Below, one piece after another: positions 49,590 through 61,296 of a DNA stretch of 64,000 bases (position 1 is its first letter; every line of letters begins with the position of its first letter). Origin of the DNA: Myxococcota bacterium (lineage in GTDB: Bacteria; Myxococcota_A; UBA9160; UBA6930); NCBI GenBank assembly GCA_965223705.1, contig OZ245015.1:4160001-4224000 (forward strand). Reading direction: 5' to 3'. The notes under the pieces are model-generated. The model searched no databases and was not told where the DNA came from. It saw nothing but the letters and a program-made list of their open reading frames with translations. The translations under genes and the position numbers were made by a program.

Positions 49590-52252
49590 ATGAAGGATCC
49601 GAACCCCGAACGCGTCCGCTCCGTCGATGCCTCCCGCCTTCCGAAGCACTTTGACGCGCAGGAGGCCGAAGCGCGCTGGGACGCCGCCTGGCAAGCGGCG
49701 GGCGTCCATCGCTTCGATCCCGGTCGCGCCCGAAATGAGACCTTCGTGGTCGACACGCCCCCGCCGACCGCTTCCGGCTCACTCCATCCGGGGCACGTCT
49801 TCAGCTACACCCACACCGACATCCTGGTGCGGTACCAGCGGATGGGCGGAAAGAACATCTACTACCCCATGGGTTGGGACGACAACGGTCTTCCCACCGA
49901 GCGGCGGGTCCAGAACTACTACCACGTGCGGTGCGACCCGAGCGCACCCTACGAGCCGGACTTGGCGCTCGAACAAGCCAGCGCCAAGGTCCGCAAGAAA
50001 CCGCCTCGACAAGTGTCGCGGCAGAACTTCATCGAGCTCTGCCACCACGTCACGACAGAAGACGAGAAAGAGTTCATGGCTTTGTGGAAACGCCTCGGCG
50101 TTTCCGTCGATTGGGACGAGCAGTATCAAACCATCGATGACCACTGCCGACGCATTGCGCAGTTGTCGTTCCTCGACCTTTTCGAGAAGGACCAGGTGTA
50201 CAGCAGCGACGCGCCCACCTTGTGGGACGTCGATTTCCAGTCTGCGATCGCGCAGGCCGAGCTCGAAGACAAGATGATGCCCGGCGCGTATCACGACATC
50301 GAATTCGGCGTCGCGGGCGAAGATCGCGGCTTCGTCATTTCGACCACCCGTCCCGAGCTGTTGCCCGCGTGCGTCGGAGTTACGGCTCATCCGGACGACG
50401 ATCGGTACAAGTCCCTGTTCGGGAAGCACGCCGTCACGCCGCTCTTCTTTGCTCCGGTTCCCATCTTTCCGAGCGAAGTCGCCGATCCCGAAAAGGGCAC
50501 CGGCATTCTGATGGTCTGCACTTTCGGCGACGCGACCGACGTCGCGTGGTGGCGCGACGAGGGGCTCCCGCTCCGCCAGCTGATCGGGCGCAACGGGCGG
50601 CTTGTCCCGGCGACCTTCGGCAGCGAGAACTTCCCGAGCGAAAAGCCCGACGCCGCGAACGGCTACTACGAGGAGCTCGCCGGCAAGACCGTGAAAGCGG
50701 CGCAAGCCCGCATCGTCGAACTTCTCGCCGACCCGGACGGCAGCGCGACCGGGCGCGGAGCCCCCCTGCAGCGAGACCCGCGCCCGATCGAGCACGCGGT
50801 GAAGTTCTTCGAAAAAGGCGACCGGCCGCTCGAGTTCGTTCCAACGCGTCAGTGGTTCGTCCGCTTGCTCGACAAGAAGCCGGAACTGCTCGCGAAGGGT
50901 CGCGCGATCCAGTGGCACCCGGAGCACATGTTGCGCCGCTTCGAAGATTGGACGGAAAACCTGGCCTACGACTGGTGCGTCAGTCGCCAACGTTTCTTCG
51001 GCGTACCGATCCCGGTCTGGTATCCGCTCGACGACGCTTGCCAGCCCGACTACGAACGACCGCTTCTCCCGAAACCGGAAGCGCTCCCAATCGATCCCGT
51101 GGGCGATTGCCCGCCCGACTACGCGGAAGCGCAGCGGGGCGTGCCCGGAGGCTTCGTCGCGGAGCGCGACATCTTCGACACGTGGTTTACGAGCTCGATG
51201 ACGCCTCAAATCAGCTCCCACTGGGGAACCGATCCGGCGCGCCACGCTGCGCTCTACCCCGCCGACGTGCGACCGCAAGCGCACGACATCATTCGAACGT
51301 GGGCGTTCTACACGATCGCGAAGTCGCTGCTCCACGAAGACAGCGTGCCTTGGAATCACGCGACGATCTCCGGATGGATCCTCGATCCGGACCGCAAGAA
51401 GATGTCGAAGAGCAAGGGCAACGTGGTAACGCCCGTTCCGCTAATCGACACGTACACCGCCGACGGCGTTCGCTACTGGGCGGGGAGTGCCAAGTTGGGC
51501 GTCGACACCGCGCTCGACGAAAAGGTCTTCAAGATCGGAAAGCGCCTCGTCACGAAGTTGTTCAATGCGGCGAAGTTCGTCCTCGCGCAGGAGGGAGACG
51601 TTCATCCGATCCGCGACGAGCTCGACCTGGCCTTCGTGCACGAGCTTCGCCAGCTCGTCGTGCGTGCGACGGATGCATTCGACCGCTACGACCAGGCGCG
51701 TGTCCTGATGGATACCGAGAGCTTCTTCTGGACGCGCTTTACGGACACCTACATCGAACTCGCGAAGGTCCGTGCCCGCGGCGAAGACGACCATGCGGGT
51801 GCCGGTTCGGGCTCGGCCATCGCGGCGCTCCGCCTCGGTCTGTCGGTGCTCCTGCGTCTGTTCGCGCCGTTTCTCCCGTTCATCACCGAGGAGGTTTGGT
51901 CGTGGGCGTTCGCCGAAGAGACCGGTGAGGCGTCGATTCACCGCGCGCCGTGGCCCTCAGCCCGAGATTTCGAGGGAATCCCCGCGCCGGCCGACGAAGC
52001 GAGCTTTGCCACGGCGAGCGCGGCCCTCGCCGCCATGAACAAAGCGAAAGCCGACGCTTCGGTATCGATGGGACGCGCCGCCGAGCGATTGACGGTGCGG
52101 GGGCGCGGCGAGGATCTCGATCGACTCGCCCGCGTTCTCGACGACGTCCTGGCCGCCGCTCGCTGTCAGGAGTATCACGCGGAAAGCGCGGACGATCTCG
52201 AGCCTGGTAGCTTCGAGATCACCGACGCCGTCTTCGCGGAGAAAGGAGCCGC

Positions 52253-52256
<4 letters not shown>
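49590..52256 (+). CDS. valS: Valine--tRNA ligase (type 2)
   Basis: DTPPPTASGSLHPGH, GWDDNGLPTERRV, QAHDIIRTW, KMSKS. Confidence 0.95.
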
Positions 52257-53314
<1,058 letters not shown>

Positions 53315-53423
53315 TTGTTTTCTCCGAGGCGTGGAAGCTAGCTCTTTCTGCCGCCGCGGCGTACGCGTCTCCGTGACATTCCGGCGGCTAATCCCCTGCC
53401 GTGCACCGGCCGATGAGATCGGC

Positions 53424-54866
53424 GTGACGACAAACAAATCACTACCTCTGCTCGGACGGGTCGCGATTCGTCTGAAGATCCTGTCCACGGAGCAGGTCCT
53501 TCAGGCGGTCGAGGAAAAGGAAAAGCGGGGCGGAACGACCCCGCTTGGTCAGATCTTCCTCGACCTCGGTTGGGTCAACGAAGACCAGCTGCAACGAATC
53601 GTCGACACCCAAAAACAGATCATCGCGCACCACCGCGCGCAACAAGCCGTCGAGCAGACGGAGCCGACGCCCGCGCCCACCCGTCCCGAGCCGGCCCCCG
53701 CACAGATCGCGCAGCCGGCGACGCCCGCGCCGAAACCGACGCAGGCGCCCGCAACGACGGCGCCCGCTCCCGCGGTCGTCTCGGCTTCGCCCAGTGTGGG
53801 CGGTGCCACCGACGCAGACCCGGAGCTCGTCGGGTTGCTTCGCGCCGCGGCAGAGCAAAACGCGAGCGATATTCATCTCCACGCCGGCGTGAAGCTGTAC
53901 CACCGGGTCGCCGGTTCCTTCGAAACCCAGGGCGACACGCCTCTCGACGGCGCGTTTATCGAGCGGGCGGTGAAATCGGTGCTCGACGCCGATCAGCTCG
54001 CGCGTTTCGAGGAGGCGGGCGAGCTCGATCTAGCGATCACCGTCGCCGGGGTGGGTCGCTACCGAGCCAATGTCTACCGCCAGCAGCACGGGACGGATCT
54101 CGTGCTCCGCGCGCTGCCGCAAACCCCGCCGAATCTGGGTGAGCTCGGGCTTCCCGAAACGCTTTCCAAGCTGACGCAGTACCACCAGGGCATGGTGTTG
54201 GTGACCGGGCCGAAAGGTTGCGGAAAATCATCGACCCTCGCGGCGCTTGTCGACATCATCAACAGCTCGCGCGACGACCACATCCTGACGGTCGAGGATC
54301 CGATCGAGGTCCTCCACCCGTCAAAGCGCTGCGTCGTCAACCAACGCGATGTCGGACGGCACACGGAATCGTTCGCGCGGGCGCTGCGTGCGGCGCTGCG
54401 CGAAGACCCCGACGTGATCGTGATCGGTGAGTTGCGCGATTTCGAAACGATTTCGCTCGCACTCACTGCTGCCGAGACAGGCCACCTGGTGCTCGGGACG
54501 CTGCATACCGACAGCGCGATTCGCACGATCAATCGGCTGGTCGGCGTCTTCCCGGCGGATCAGCAGGATCAAGTCCGAAACATGCTGAGCGAATCGTTGC
54601 GCGCGGTCGTCTCTCAGCGGCTGGTCCCGGTGGCCGACGGATCGCGGCGCGTTCCGGCGCTCGAAACGCTCATCGTGAACCGCGCAGTCGGCAACCTCGT
54701 CCGGGAAAACAAGACCTTCCAGATCTCGTCCATCCTGCAGACCGGTGGCAGTCAGGGTATGTGCATGCTCGACGACTCGCTCCGCGCGCTCATCGCGGAC
54801 GGAACGATCACGAAGGAAGAGGCCCTTCGTCACTGCGACGATCCCAAGAAGCTAGGAGGCGCGTAG
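53424..54866 (+). CDS. pilT: PilT-family ATPase with N-terminal MshEN-like domain
   Basis: SDIHL, GPKGCGKS, EDPIE, LREDPDVIVIGELRD, TGHLVLGTLHT, AVGNLVRE. Confidence 0.88.
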   Translation: MTTNKSLPLLGRVAIRLKILSTEQVLQAVEEKEKRGGTTPLGQIFLDLGWVNEDQLQRIVDTQKQIIAHHRAQQAVEQTEPTPAPTRPEPAPAQIAQPATPAPKPTQAPATTAPAPAVVSASPSVGGATDADPELVGLLRAAAEQNASDIHLHAGVKLYHRVAGSFETQGDTPLDGAFIERAVKSVLDADQLARFEEAGELDLAITVAGVGRYRANVYRQQHGTDLVLRALPQTPPNLGELGLPETLSKLTQYHQGMVLVTGPKGCGKSSTLAALVDIINSSRDDHILTVEDPIEVLHPSKRCVVNQRDVGRHTESFARALRAALREDPDVIVIGELRDFETISLALTAAETGHLVLGTLHTDSAIRTINRLVGVFPADQQDQVRNMLSESLRAVVSQRLVPVADGSRRVPALETLIVNRAVGNLVRENKTFQISSILQTGGSQGMCMLDDSLRALIADGTITKEEALRHCDDPKKLGGA

Positions 54867-55937
54867 ATGCCCCAACTGGACGAGCTACTCCGCCACCTGA
54901 AAGAAGAAGGTGGATCGGACCTGCACCTCGCCGCCGGTCTCGCTCCGCGAATCCGTGTTTCCGGCGGACTGCGAGCGGTCGACGGCTGGGACTCGCTGAC
55001 AGACGAGGCGCTGCGCGCGCTTCTGCAACCGATCACGAACGAGAAGCAGTGGAACGAGTACGAATCGAAGAATGACCTCGACTTTGCCTACGGGCTCGAG
55101 GGTGTCGCTCGGTTCCGCGCGAACTACTTCGCTCAGGAACACGGCTCCGGCGCGGTCTTTCGCGTGATTCCCGAGAAGATCATCACGGTCGAAGAGCTGG
55201 GACTGCCGGACGCGATCGCCAAGCTCTCCGAACTCGAGAAAGGTCTCGTGGTCGTGACCGGCCCCACCGGTTCGGGTAAATCCACAACCCTCGCCGCCGT
55301 GGTCGACAAGATCAATCGCGACTACAAGAAGCACGTGGTGACCATCGAAGACCCCGTCGAGTTCGTCCACAAGGGCCAGCAGTGCGTCCTCTCTCATCGC
55401 GAAGTCGGCGTGCACACCGGGAGCTTCGCCAAGGCGCTTCGCACGGTCATTCGCCAGGACGCGGACGTGGTGCTCGTCGGGGAAATGCGCGACCGCGAGA
55501 CAATCGCCGCCGCGGTCGCCGCAGCGGAAATGGGCATGCTCGTGTTCGGCACGCTCCACACGAACGGCGCGGCGAAGACCATCGACCGGATCGTCGACGC
55601 GTTTCCCGCCGACGAACAACCGCAAATTCGCTTGTCGCTTTCGGAATCGCTCGCGGCCATCGTGTCGCAGCTGCTCGTTCCCAAGGTCGGCGGCGGACGC
55701 GTCGCTGCGAACGAGATTCTCCTGCGTACTCAAGGGCTGCCCAATGTGATCCGCGAAGCGAACACGCAGATGATCAACTCGATCATTCAATCCGGGCGGG
55801 CACAGGGCATGATCGCGATGGACGACGCACTCGCCGCGCACTTGTCGGCCGGGGTGATCAGCCCCGAAGATGCGTACGCGAAGGCGACCGAAAAAGCGCG
55901 CTTCGAGTCACAACTCAGCGACGCTCCGGTCTCCTGA
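54867..55937 (+). CDS. pilT: PilT/PilU-family retraction ATPase
   Basis: SDLHL, GPTGSGKSTT, EDPVE, VGEMRD, GTLHT. Confidence 0.92.
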   Translation: MPQLDELLRHLKEEGGSDLHLAAGLAPRIRVSGGLRAVDGWDSLTDEALRALLQPITNEKQWNEYESKNDLDFAYGLEGVARFRANYFAQEHGSGAVFRVIPEKIITVEELGLPDAIAKLSELEKGLVVVTGPTGSGKSTTLAAVVDKINRDYKKHVVTIEDPVEFVHKGQQCVLSHREVGVHTGSFAKALRTVIRQDADVVLVGEMRDRETIAAAVAAAEMGMLVFGTLHTNGAAKTIDRIVDAFPADEQPQIRLSLSESLAAIVSQLLVPKVGGGRVAANEILLRTQGLPNVIREANTQMINSIIQSGRAQGMIAMDDALAAHLSAGVISPEDAYAKATEKARFESQLSDAPVS

Positions 55938-56781
55938 TTCCTTGCGCCGCTAGATAAGACGCAACGATCGCGGGGTAGCCCTCGCGGTAGGTCGGGTACT
56001 CGAAGACGAACCCGCTCCCGCGGAGCCGCGCGCTCGAGCAGCGTTTGCCGCCGATGTCCGCCGATCCCTCGGTTTCCGGGGCAGGCGGTGCGACGCCGAG
56101 TTGCTGCGCGATCCAACGAACGACCTCGCCGAGCTCCGCCGGCTCGTGGTCGACGCCTACGTAGAGTTCGCCCAGCTCCTCGAGGGACAAGAGGTGGGCG
56201 ACCGCGGACGCCGCATCGTCTCGGTGAATCCGGTTCGTAAACTGCCGACCGCGCAGCGTGACCTCCGCACGGGCGACCCGCTCAATGAGTCGCGTGCGTC
56301 CCGGGCCATAGATCCCGCCGAGTCGCAGCGACGCGGCGCGCGCCGCGAGTGAGGCCGCGGCGGCCTCCCCTTCGAGCATCAAACGTCCGCGAAAACTCTC
56401 GGGAAGACTCGCCGTCGACTCGTCCACCCACGCGCCTTCGCTTTCGCCATAGACCGACGTGCTCGAGACGAAGACGGCGCGCGCCGGAAGCCTCGCGCGC
56501 GCGGCGAGAGCTCGTCCGAGGTTTTGCACGCCTGCGACATAAGCCCGCCGGTACGACGCCTCGTCAGAGCGGTCCGCCGCCGCCGCGTACACCACGGCAT
56601 CGACTCCCTCGGGAATCACTTCGAGCGTCGCCCCATCAGAGAGATCGGCCCGAAGCCGGATCACGCCCTGCGGCAATGGCGCTTCGCTGCGGCGCAGCCC
56701 GAACACGGTGTGACCCTGGCGCGCGAGGTTCGCGGCGAGAGCGGCGCCGACGTAACCACATCCCGCGATCAAAACGCGCAG
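55915..56781 (-). CDS. NAD-dependent epimerase/SDR (YeeZ-like)
   Basis: RVLIAGCGYVG, SSTSVYG, GGIYGPGR, NRIHRDD, YPTYREG; start CTG at 56781 or TTG at 56772. Confidence 0.9.
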   Translation of the reverse strand: MRVLIAGCGYVGAALAANLARQGHTVFGLRRSEAPLPQGVIRLRADLSDGATLEVIPEGVDAVVYAAAADRSDEASYRRAYVAGVQNLGRALAARARLPARAVFVSSTSVYGESEGAWVDESTASLPESFRGRLMLEGEAAAASLAARAASLRLGGIYGPGRTRLIERVARAEVTLRGRQFTNRIHRDDAASAVAHLLSLEELGELYVGVDHEPAELGEVVRWIAQQLGVAPPAPETEGSADIGGKRCSSARLRGSGFVFEYPTYREGYPAIVASYLAAQGIRRPERR

Positions 56782-56787
56782 ACGAAC

Positions 56788-57750
56788 TTACTCGTTCAGG
56801 TGGCGCATGACTTGCGCGACCTCTTCGGAAGAACCGATGACGACCCCGGTGCGCTGGTGGAATTCGTCAGGGGTGACTTCGAGGATCCTGCCGCTCGCCG
56901 CCGCAGCGGCACCGCCGGCCTGCTCGACGAGCAGTGCCATCGGATTCCCTTCGTACAACAATCGGAGTTTCCCGTCCGGCGCTTTGCGCGTCGGCGGGTA
57001 GAGGAAGACGCCGCCCTTGAGCAGCGTGCGATGTACGTCCGCCACCATGGAGCCGATGTAGCGGCTTCCGTAGCCATTCTCGTGGGCAAAGCTCAGGTAC
57101 GAGCGGATGGCGTCGGGAAAATCGTTCCAGTACGCCTCGTTGATCGAGTAGATCTTTTTCTGGGGTGGAATTCGCAACTCGGGCAAGACGAGGACGAAAT
57201 CACCCAACTCGGGGTCGAGTACGAACATGTCGACGCCCGAGCCAGTCGTGAGAACGAGAACGACCGAGGAGCCGTACAGGACGTAACCCGCGGCGAGTTG
57301 CGCGTCCCCCGGTTGGAGCGCGGCCTGGGCGGTGTCGGCGTCGGCCTGCTCGTTGGCGAGGATGCTGAAGATCGTGCCGACGCTTACGGCGACATCGATA
57401 TTCGACGAGCCGTCTAGGGGATCGGCGATCACGCAATACTTCCCGCCTTCTTTGAGAGAGCGGAAAACGACGGGTACCGGCTGCTCTTCGGAGGCATAGA
57501 GAGCGACGTCGGCCCGCTCCTCCAAGCAGCGCTGCAACAGCTCGTCGGCGAGCACGTCGAGTTTCTGCTGAGCTTCGCCGTGCGTGTTGAATTCACCGGC
57601 GGCGCCGACAATGTCCTCGATGCGCGCGCGTCGGACCTTGGCGGCGATCGACTTGGCCGCCAACGCGATCGCGCCGATCACGCCGGCGAGGTCGGTCGCC
57701 GCGCGCCCCCGCGCTAGATGAGTCTGTAGCGTGGTCAGGTTCTCGCGCAT
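56788..57750 (-). CDS. fbp: Fructose-1,6-bisphosphatase class 1
   Basis: QQKLDV, DPLDGSSNID, GTIFSI, RYIGSMVADVHR, KLRLLYE. Confidence 0.96.
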   Translation of the reverse strand: MRENLTTLQTHLARGRAATDLAGVIGAIALAAKSIAAKVRRARIEDIVGAAGEFNTHGEAQQKLDVLADELLQRCLEERADVALYASEEQPVPVVFRSLKEGGKYCVIADPLDGSSNIDVAVSVGTIFSILANEQADADTAQAALQPGDAQLAAGYVLYGSSVVLVLTTGSGVDMFVLDPELGDFVLVLPELRIPPQKKIYSINEAYWNDFPDAIRSYLSFAHENGYGSRYIGSMVADVHRTLLKGGVFLYPPTRKAPDGKLRLLYEGNPMALLVEQAGGAAAAASGRILEVTPDEFHQRTGVVIGSSEEVAQVMRHLNE

Positions 57751-57824
57751 CGGGCGGGGAAGTTACCGGATCCGTTTTTCGCGGGGCTCCCGCGGGAATC
57801 CGACGGGGACGTATCGGGCCCCGT

Positions 57825-57889
57825 AGAGAAGAGGCCCCGTCGGCACTCGCCGCCGGGGCCTCTCGAGGGAAGGAGCGTTGCGTACTCAG
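57825..57889 (-). ncRNA. Candidate ~62-nt small RNA
   Basis: Lies between an ECF-type promoter and a terminator; contains an unpaired CUCCUUCCCUC stretch. Confidence 0.45.
57826..57863 (-). terminator. Intrinsic terminator-like hairpin
   Basis: Minus strand AGAGGCCCCGGCGGC-GAGT-GCCGACGGGGCCTCT followed by TCTCT. Confidence 0.7.
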
Positions 57890-57894
57890 CAGAT

Positions 57895-57922
57895 AAGACG
57901 GGCGAGACGCGCTTTCGGTTCC
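57895..57922 (-). promoter_or_regulatory. ECF sigma-type promoter
   Basis: Minus strand GGAACC-N16-CGTCTT, with an A7 tract upstream. Confidence 0.6.
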
Positions 57923-57949
57923 ACTCGGATCGGATTTTTTTGCGTCCGC

Positions 57950-58378
57950 TCACTGCGCGGCGAGCTTCTCCTTCGCAACCTCGATGGCCGCGGTGTAGTC
58001 GCGATGATCGAGGCGCCCCTTGAAGAGCTCGACCGGGGAGCCATCGGGCATCAGAATTCCCACGGTCCCGGTGCGAGCGACGTTCGCCTCGTAGAACTCT
58101 TCGATCCCGAGCTCCTTCGCGCGAGCGGCAGCCTCCTCTTTGCGTTCCTGGTCCGTCACGTCGAGGACGACGATGTTCGCGTCGTCGGCGTGTCGCTCCA
58201 CGAGCTTCTCCCACGTCAGCGCGAGCATCGCGCAGCTTGTGCACCAATCAGCGTGCACCTTGACCAGATAGGGTTTCGCAGGTGCCTCGGGGGCCTCCCC
58301 CTCGGCCGTCGCGGTGACGGCGACAAGGGCGGCCAGTGAACACGCCAGCGTCCAGTAGAAAAGCTGCTTCCTGATCAT
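57950..58378 (-). CDS. Exported thioredoxin-like protein
   Basis: Signal peptide, HADWCTSC; AGGAG RBS. Confidence 0.85.
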   Translation of the reverse strand: MIRKQLFYWTLACSLAALVAVTATAEGEAPEAPAKPYLVKVHADWCTSCAMLALTWEKLVERHADDANIVVLDVTDQERKEEAAARAKELGIEEFYEANVARTGTVGILMPDGSPVELFKGRLDHRDYTAAIEVAKEKLAAQ

Positions 58379-58474
58379 CCGAATCTCCTAAGCGTCTCGT
58401 GCGGTGGACCGCCTGCACCCGAGTGGGACGCCCTGGCCCCGCCAAGAGTTCAACCCCGTATCATTCGGCCGTTC

Positions 58475-59752
58475 GTGTCCTCACTAAACCCGCAAGAAGT
58501 GCGCGATTCCGACCCCGTAGAGGGGAAGGGAAGCGGCTACCCGGCCTTCGTCCGAGGAGTCGCGTCGTGGTTCGGCGCCTGGGGAATGCACTCGGCCTTG
58601 TTCTCGTGGCTCCTCGTCGTGCAACTCGACTCCTCGCCAGAACGGGTGGGAATCGGGCAGCTCGCGGTGATGTTGCCCACCTTGCTCCTCATACTCATCG
58701 GCGGTTCCGTCGCGGATCGGAGCGATGTCCGCAGGGCGCTCGTCCTGTTTCATCTGGCCGCGGCCGCGGGCCCCCTGGGGCTCTCATGGCTCGTCGCCGA
58801 AGGACAGCTCACCTACAGCTGGCTGCTGGTGTACGGCCTCTGGGTCGGCGTCGTCACCGCGTTCATCATGCCGGCTCGAGATACGCTTCTCTCGCGCGTC
58901 GCGGGCGATGACATGCTTCGCGCGGTGGCGGGAATGACCATTGTCCAGTTCGCGGCGCAGGCCCTGGGCAACCTGCTCGCGGGCGGTGCGCGTTGGGTCG
59001 GAGGCGCGCCGATGTTGGCCGTTCAGGGGTGCATCTTGGCCCTGGGAGCGGTCCTCACGGCCCGGGTGCCGCCGGCGCCGCCACGAAAAACGAAATCCCC
59101 CCGGGGCGCCCTTTCCCTCCGCGAGGTTGTGTCAGGGGTCCAAATCGTTGCGTCAAATCCCCAAATGCGCGCGAGCTTCCTCATCTCGTTTGGCGTCGCG
59201 TTCTTTTTCGCGGGGCCGTTCTACGTGATTTTTCCGCTGATCGTCCGGGACGTGTTCGGCGGCGGCGTCCTCATGCTGTCGATCACGATGATGACGTTCC
59301 CCCTCGGCACCATTCTGGGCTCCATCGCGATCCGCTCCCGCGGGGGCTTGCGTCAGCGGGGCCCAGCCGCGCTCTGGTCCGTACTCGGTGGAGCCTGCGC
59401 ACTGGGCACGATCGGCCTCGGCTTGCCGTACATCGGCATGCTGGCCATGACGCTCATCTGGGGCCTCACGGCCTCGATCTTCATCAACGCAACCCGGACC
59501 CTGTTCCAGGAAGCGGCGCCCGAAGCCGAGCGGGGCCGCGTGCTGTCGGTCTTCCAAATGGCCCTGATGGGCGCGTCGCCGATGGGATCTTTTTTGGCGG
59601 GTGTCTGCGCCGCCAGGCTCGGCCACCACACGACCTTGCTAGTCTTCGCGGGCGCCGTCTTCGTCCTGGTGAGCGCGCTTTGGGTGCCGGTGCGCCGCGC
59701 CGAGCCAGGACACCGCGCGGCCTCGATGGTGAGGAACCCCAAAGGGCCTTAG
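58475..59752 (+). CDS. MFS transporter
   Basis: About 12 TM segments, [12 protein letters not shown] motif A, ERGRVLS. Confidence 0.92.
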   Translation: MSSLNPQEVRDSDPVEGKGSGYPAFVRGVASWFGAWGMHSALFSWLLVVQLDSSPERVGIGQLAVMLPTLLLILIGGSVADRSDVRRALVLFHLAAAAGPLGLSWLVAEGQLTYSWLLVYGLWVGVVTAFIMPARDTLLSRVAGDDMLRAVAGMTIVQFAAQALGNLLAGGARWVGGAPMLAVQGCILALGAVLTARVPPAPPRKTKSPRGALSLREVVSGVQIVASNPQMRASFLISFGVAFFFAGPFYVIFPLIVRDVFGGGVLMLSITMMTFPLGTILGSIAIRSRGGLRQRGPAALWSVLGGACALGTIGLGLPYIGMLAMTLIWGLTASIFINATRTLFQEAAPEAERGRVLSVFQMALMGASPMGSFLAGVCAARLGHHTTLLVFAGAVFVLVSALWVPVRRAEPGHRAASMVRNPKGP

Positions 59753-59828
59753 CCACGCGTTGACAGCCCCACCCCTCTCCTTGAACCTCAATCATTCGCT
59801 CTGCGTCCCAAACAAATGGAGAATTCCA

Positions 59829-61277
59829 GTGACCGATAGCCGCCCTCCCTTCAAAGTCGCCGACCTCGACCTCGCGGAATGGGGGCGCCGGGAAATCCGC
59901 CTCGCCGAGCATGAGATGCCCGGCTTGATGGCCCTGCGCGAACGCTACGGCGATGCGAAGCCCTTCGCCGGCACCCGCATTATGGGCAGCCTGCACATGA
60001 CGATTCAGACCGCCGTGCTGATCGAAACGCTGACGGCGCTCGGTGCCGACGTTCGCTGGGTAAGCTGCAACATCTTCTCGACCCAAGACCACGCGGCAGC
60101 TGCCACGGTGATCGGACCGAACGGCACGGCGTCCTCGCCCGAGGGAACGCCGGTCTTCGCTTGGAAGGGGGAGACCCTCGAGGAATACTGGTGGTGCACG
60201 CGCGAGGCCCTGATCTGGCCCGACGGAAACGGTCCCGATCTCATCGTCGACGACGGCGGCGACGCCACCCTACTCGTTCACAAGGGCCTCGAGTTCGAGC
60301 AGGCCGGTAAGGTCCCGAAGCCCAATCCCGAGACGGACTCCGAAGAATGGATTGTCGTGCTCGAAATGTTGGCGCGGCTCCAGGAAGAAGAGCCCGGGTT
60401 GTGGCAGCGCATCGCGACGAAGATCCGCGGCGTGTCGGAAGAGACCACCACCGGCGTTCACCGCCTCTATCAGATGGAAGAGAACGGCTCACTGCTCTTC
60501 CCCGCGATCAACGTGAACGACTCCGTCACGAAGAGCAAATTCGACAACATCTACGGGTGCCGTCACTCGCTGCCCGACGGCCTCATGCGCGCATCCGACG
60601 TGATGCTCGGCGGAAAGGTCGCCGTCGTCTGCGGCTTCGGCGAAGTGGGTAAAGGCTCGGCCCAAGCCCTGCGCGGCCAGGGCTGCCGCGTGATCGTGAC
60701 TGAAATCGACCCCATCTGCGCCCTACAGGCGGCGATGGAAGGCTACGAGGTCAAGCCCCTCGATGACGTGGTCGGCGAGGCCGACATCTTCGTCACCACG
60801 ACCGGCAACTACGACGTCATCACAGCCGACCATATGTCACGCATGAAGGACAAGGCGCTCGTCGGGAACATCGGTCACTTCGACAACGAGATCGATATGG
60901 CCGGGCTCAAGAAGATCCCCGGGATCGTGTGCAACAACATCAAGCCGCAATACGATGAGTGGGTTTTCCCCGACGGCCACAGCGTCCTGATCCTCGCGGA
61001 AGGCCGCCTGCTGAATCTGGGGTGCGCCACCGGTCACCCGAGCTTCGTCATGTCGGCGTCCTTCACGAATCAGGTCATCGCGCAACTAGAGCTTCACCAA
61101 CACCCCGAGCAGTACGAAAAGAAGGTGTACATGCTTCCCAAGCACCTGGATGAAGAAGTGGCGCGGCTGCATTTGGATCACCTCGGGGTCAAGCTGACCC
61201 GATTGACGCCGGAGCAGGCGGCCTACATCGGAGTCCCGGTGGACGGGCCCTACAAGCCCGATCACTATCGGTACTAG
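59829..61277 (+). CDS. ahcY: Adenosylhomocysteinase
   Basis: [44 protein letters not shown] start with GGAG RBS. Confidence 0.97.
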   Translation: MTDSRPPFKVADLDLAEWGRREIRLAEHEMPGLMALRERYGDAKPFAGTRIMGSLHMTIQTAVLIETLTALGADVRWVSCNIFSTQDHAAAATVIGPNGTASSPEGTPVFAWKGETLEEYWWCTREALIWPDGNGPDLIVDDGGDATLLVHKGLEFEQAGKVPKPNPETDSEEWIVVLEMLARLQEEEPGLWQRIATKIRGVSEETTTGVHRLYQMEENGSLLFPAINVNDSVTKSKFDNIYGCRHSLPDGLMRASDVMLGGKVAVVCGFGEVGKGSAQALRGQGCRVIVTEIDPICALQAAMEGYEVKPLDDVVGEADIFVTTTGNYDVITADHMSRMKDKALVGNIGHFDNEIDMAGLKKIPGIVCNNIKPQYDEWVFPDGHSVLILAEGRLLNLGCATGHPSFVMSASFTNQVIAQLELHQHPEQYEKKVYMLPKHLDEEVARLHLDHLGVKLTRLTPEQAAYIGVPVDGPYKPDHYRY

Positions 61278-61296
61278 GCAGATCGGAACCGAACGC

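Noticed and set aside
57865..57915. AGGAGCGTTGCG resembling an SAH riboswitch core, in a window containing ahcY
   Set aside because: No CAGGCUC or pseudoknot partner; about 2 kb from ahcY with two genes in between
59760..59790. TTGACA upstream of ahcY as a sigma70 promoter
   Set aside because: The -10 match is weak (GAACCT), not enough to call
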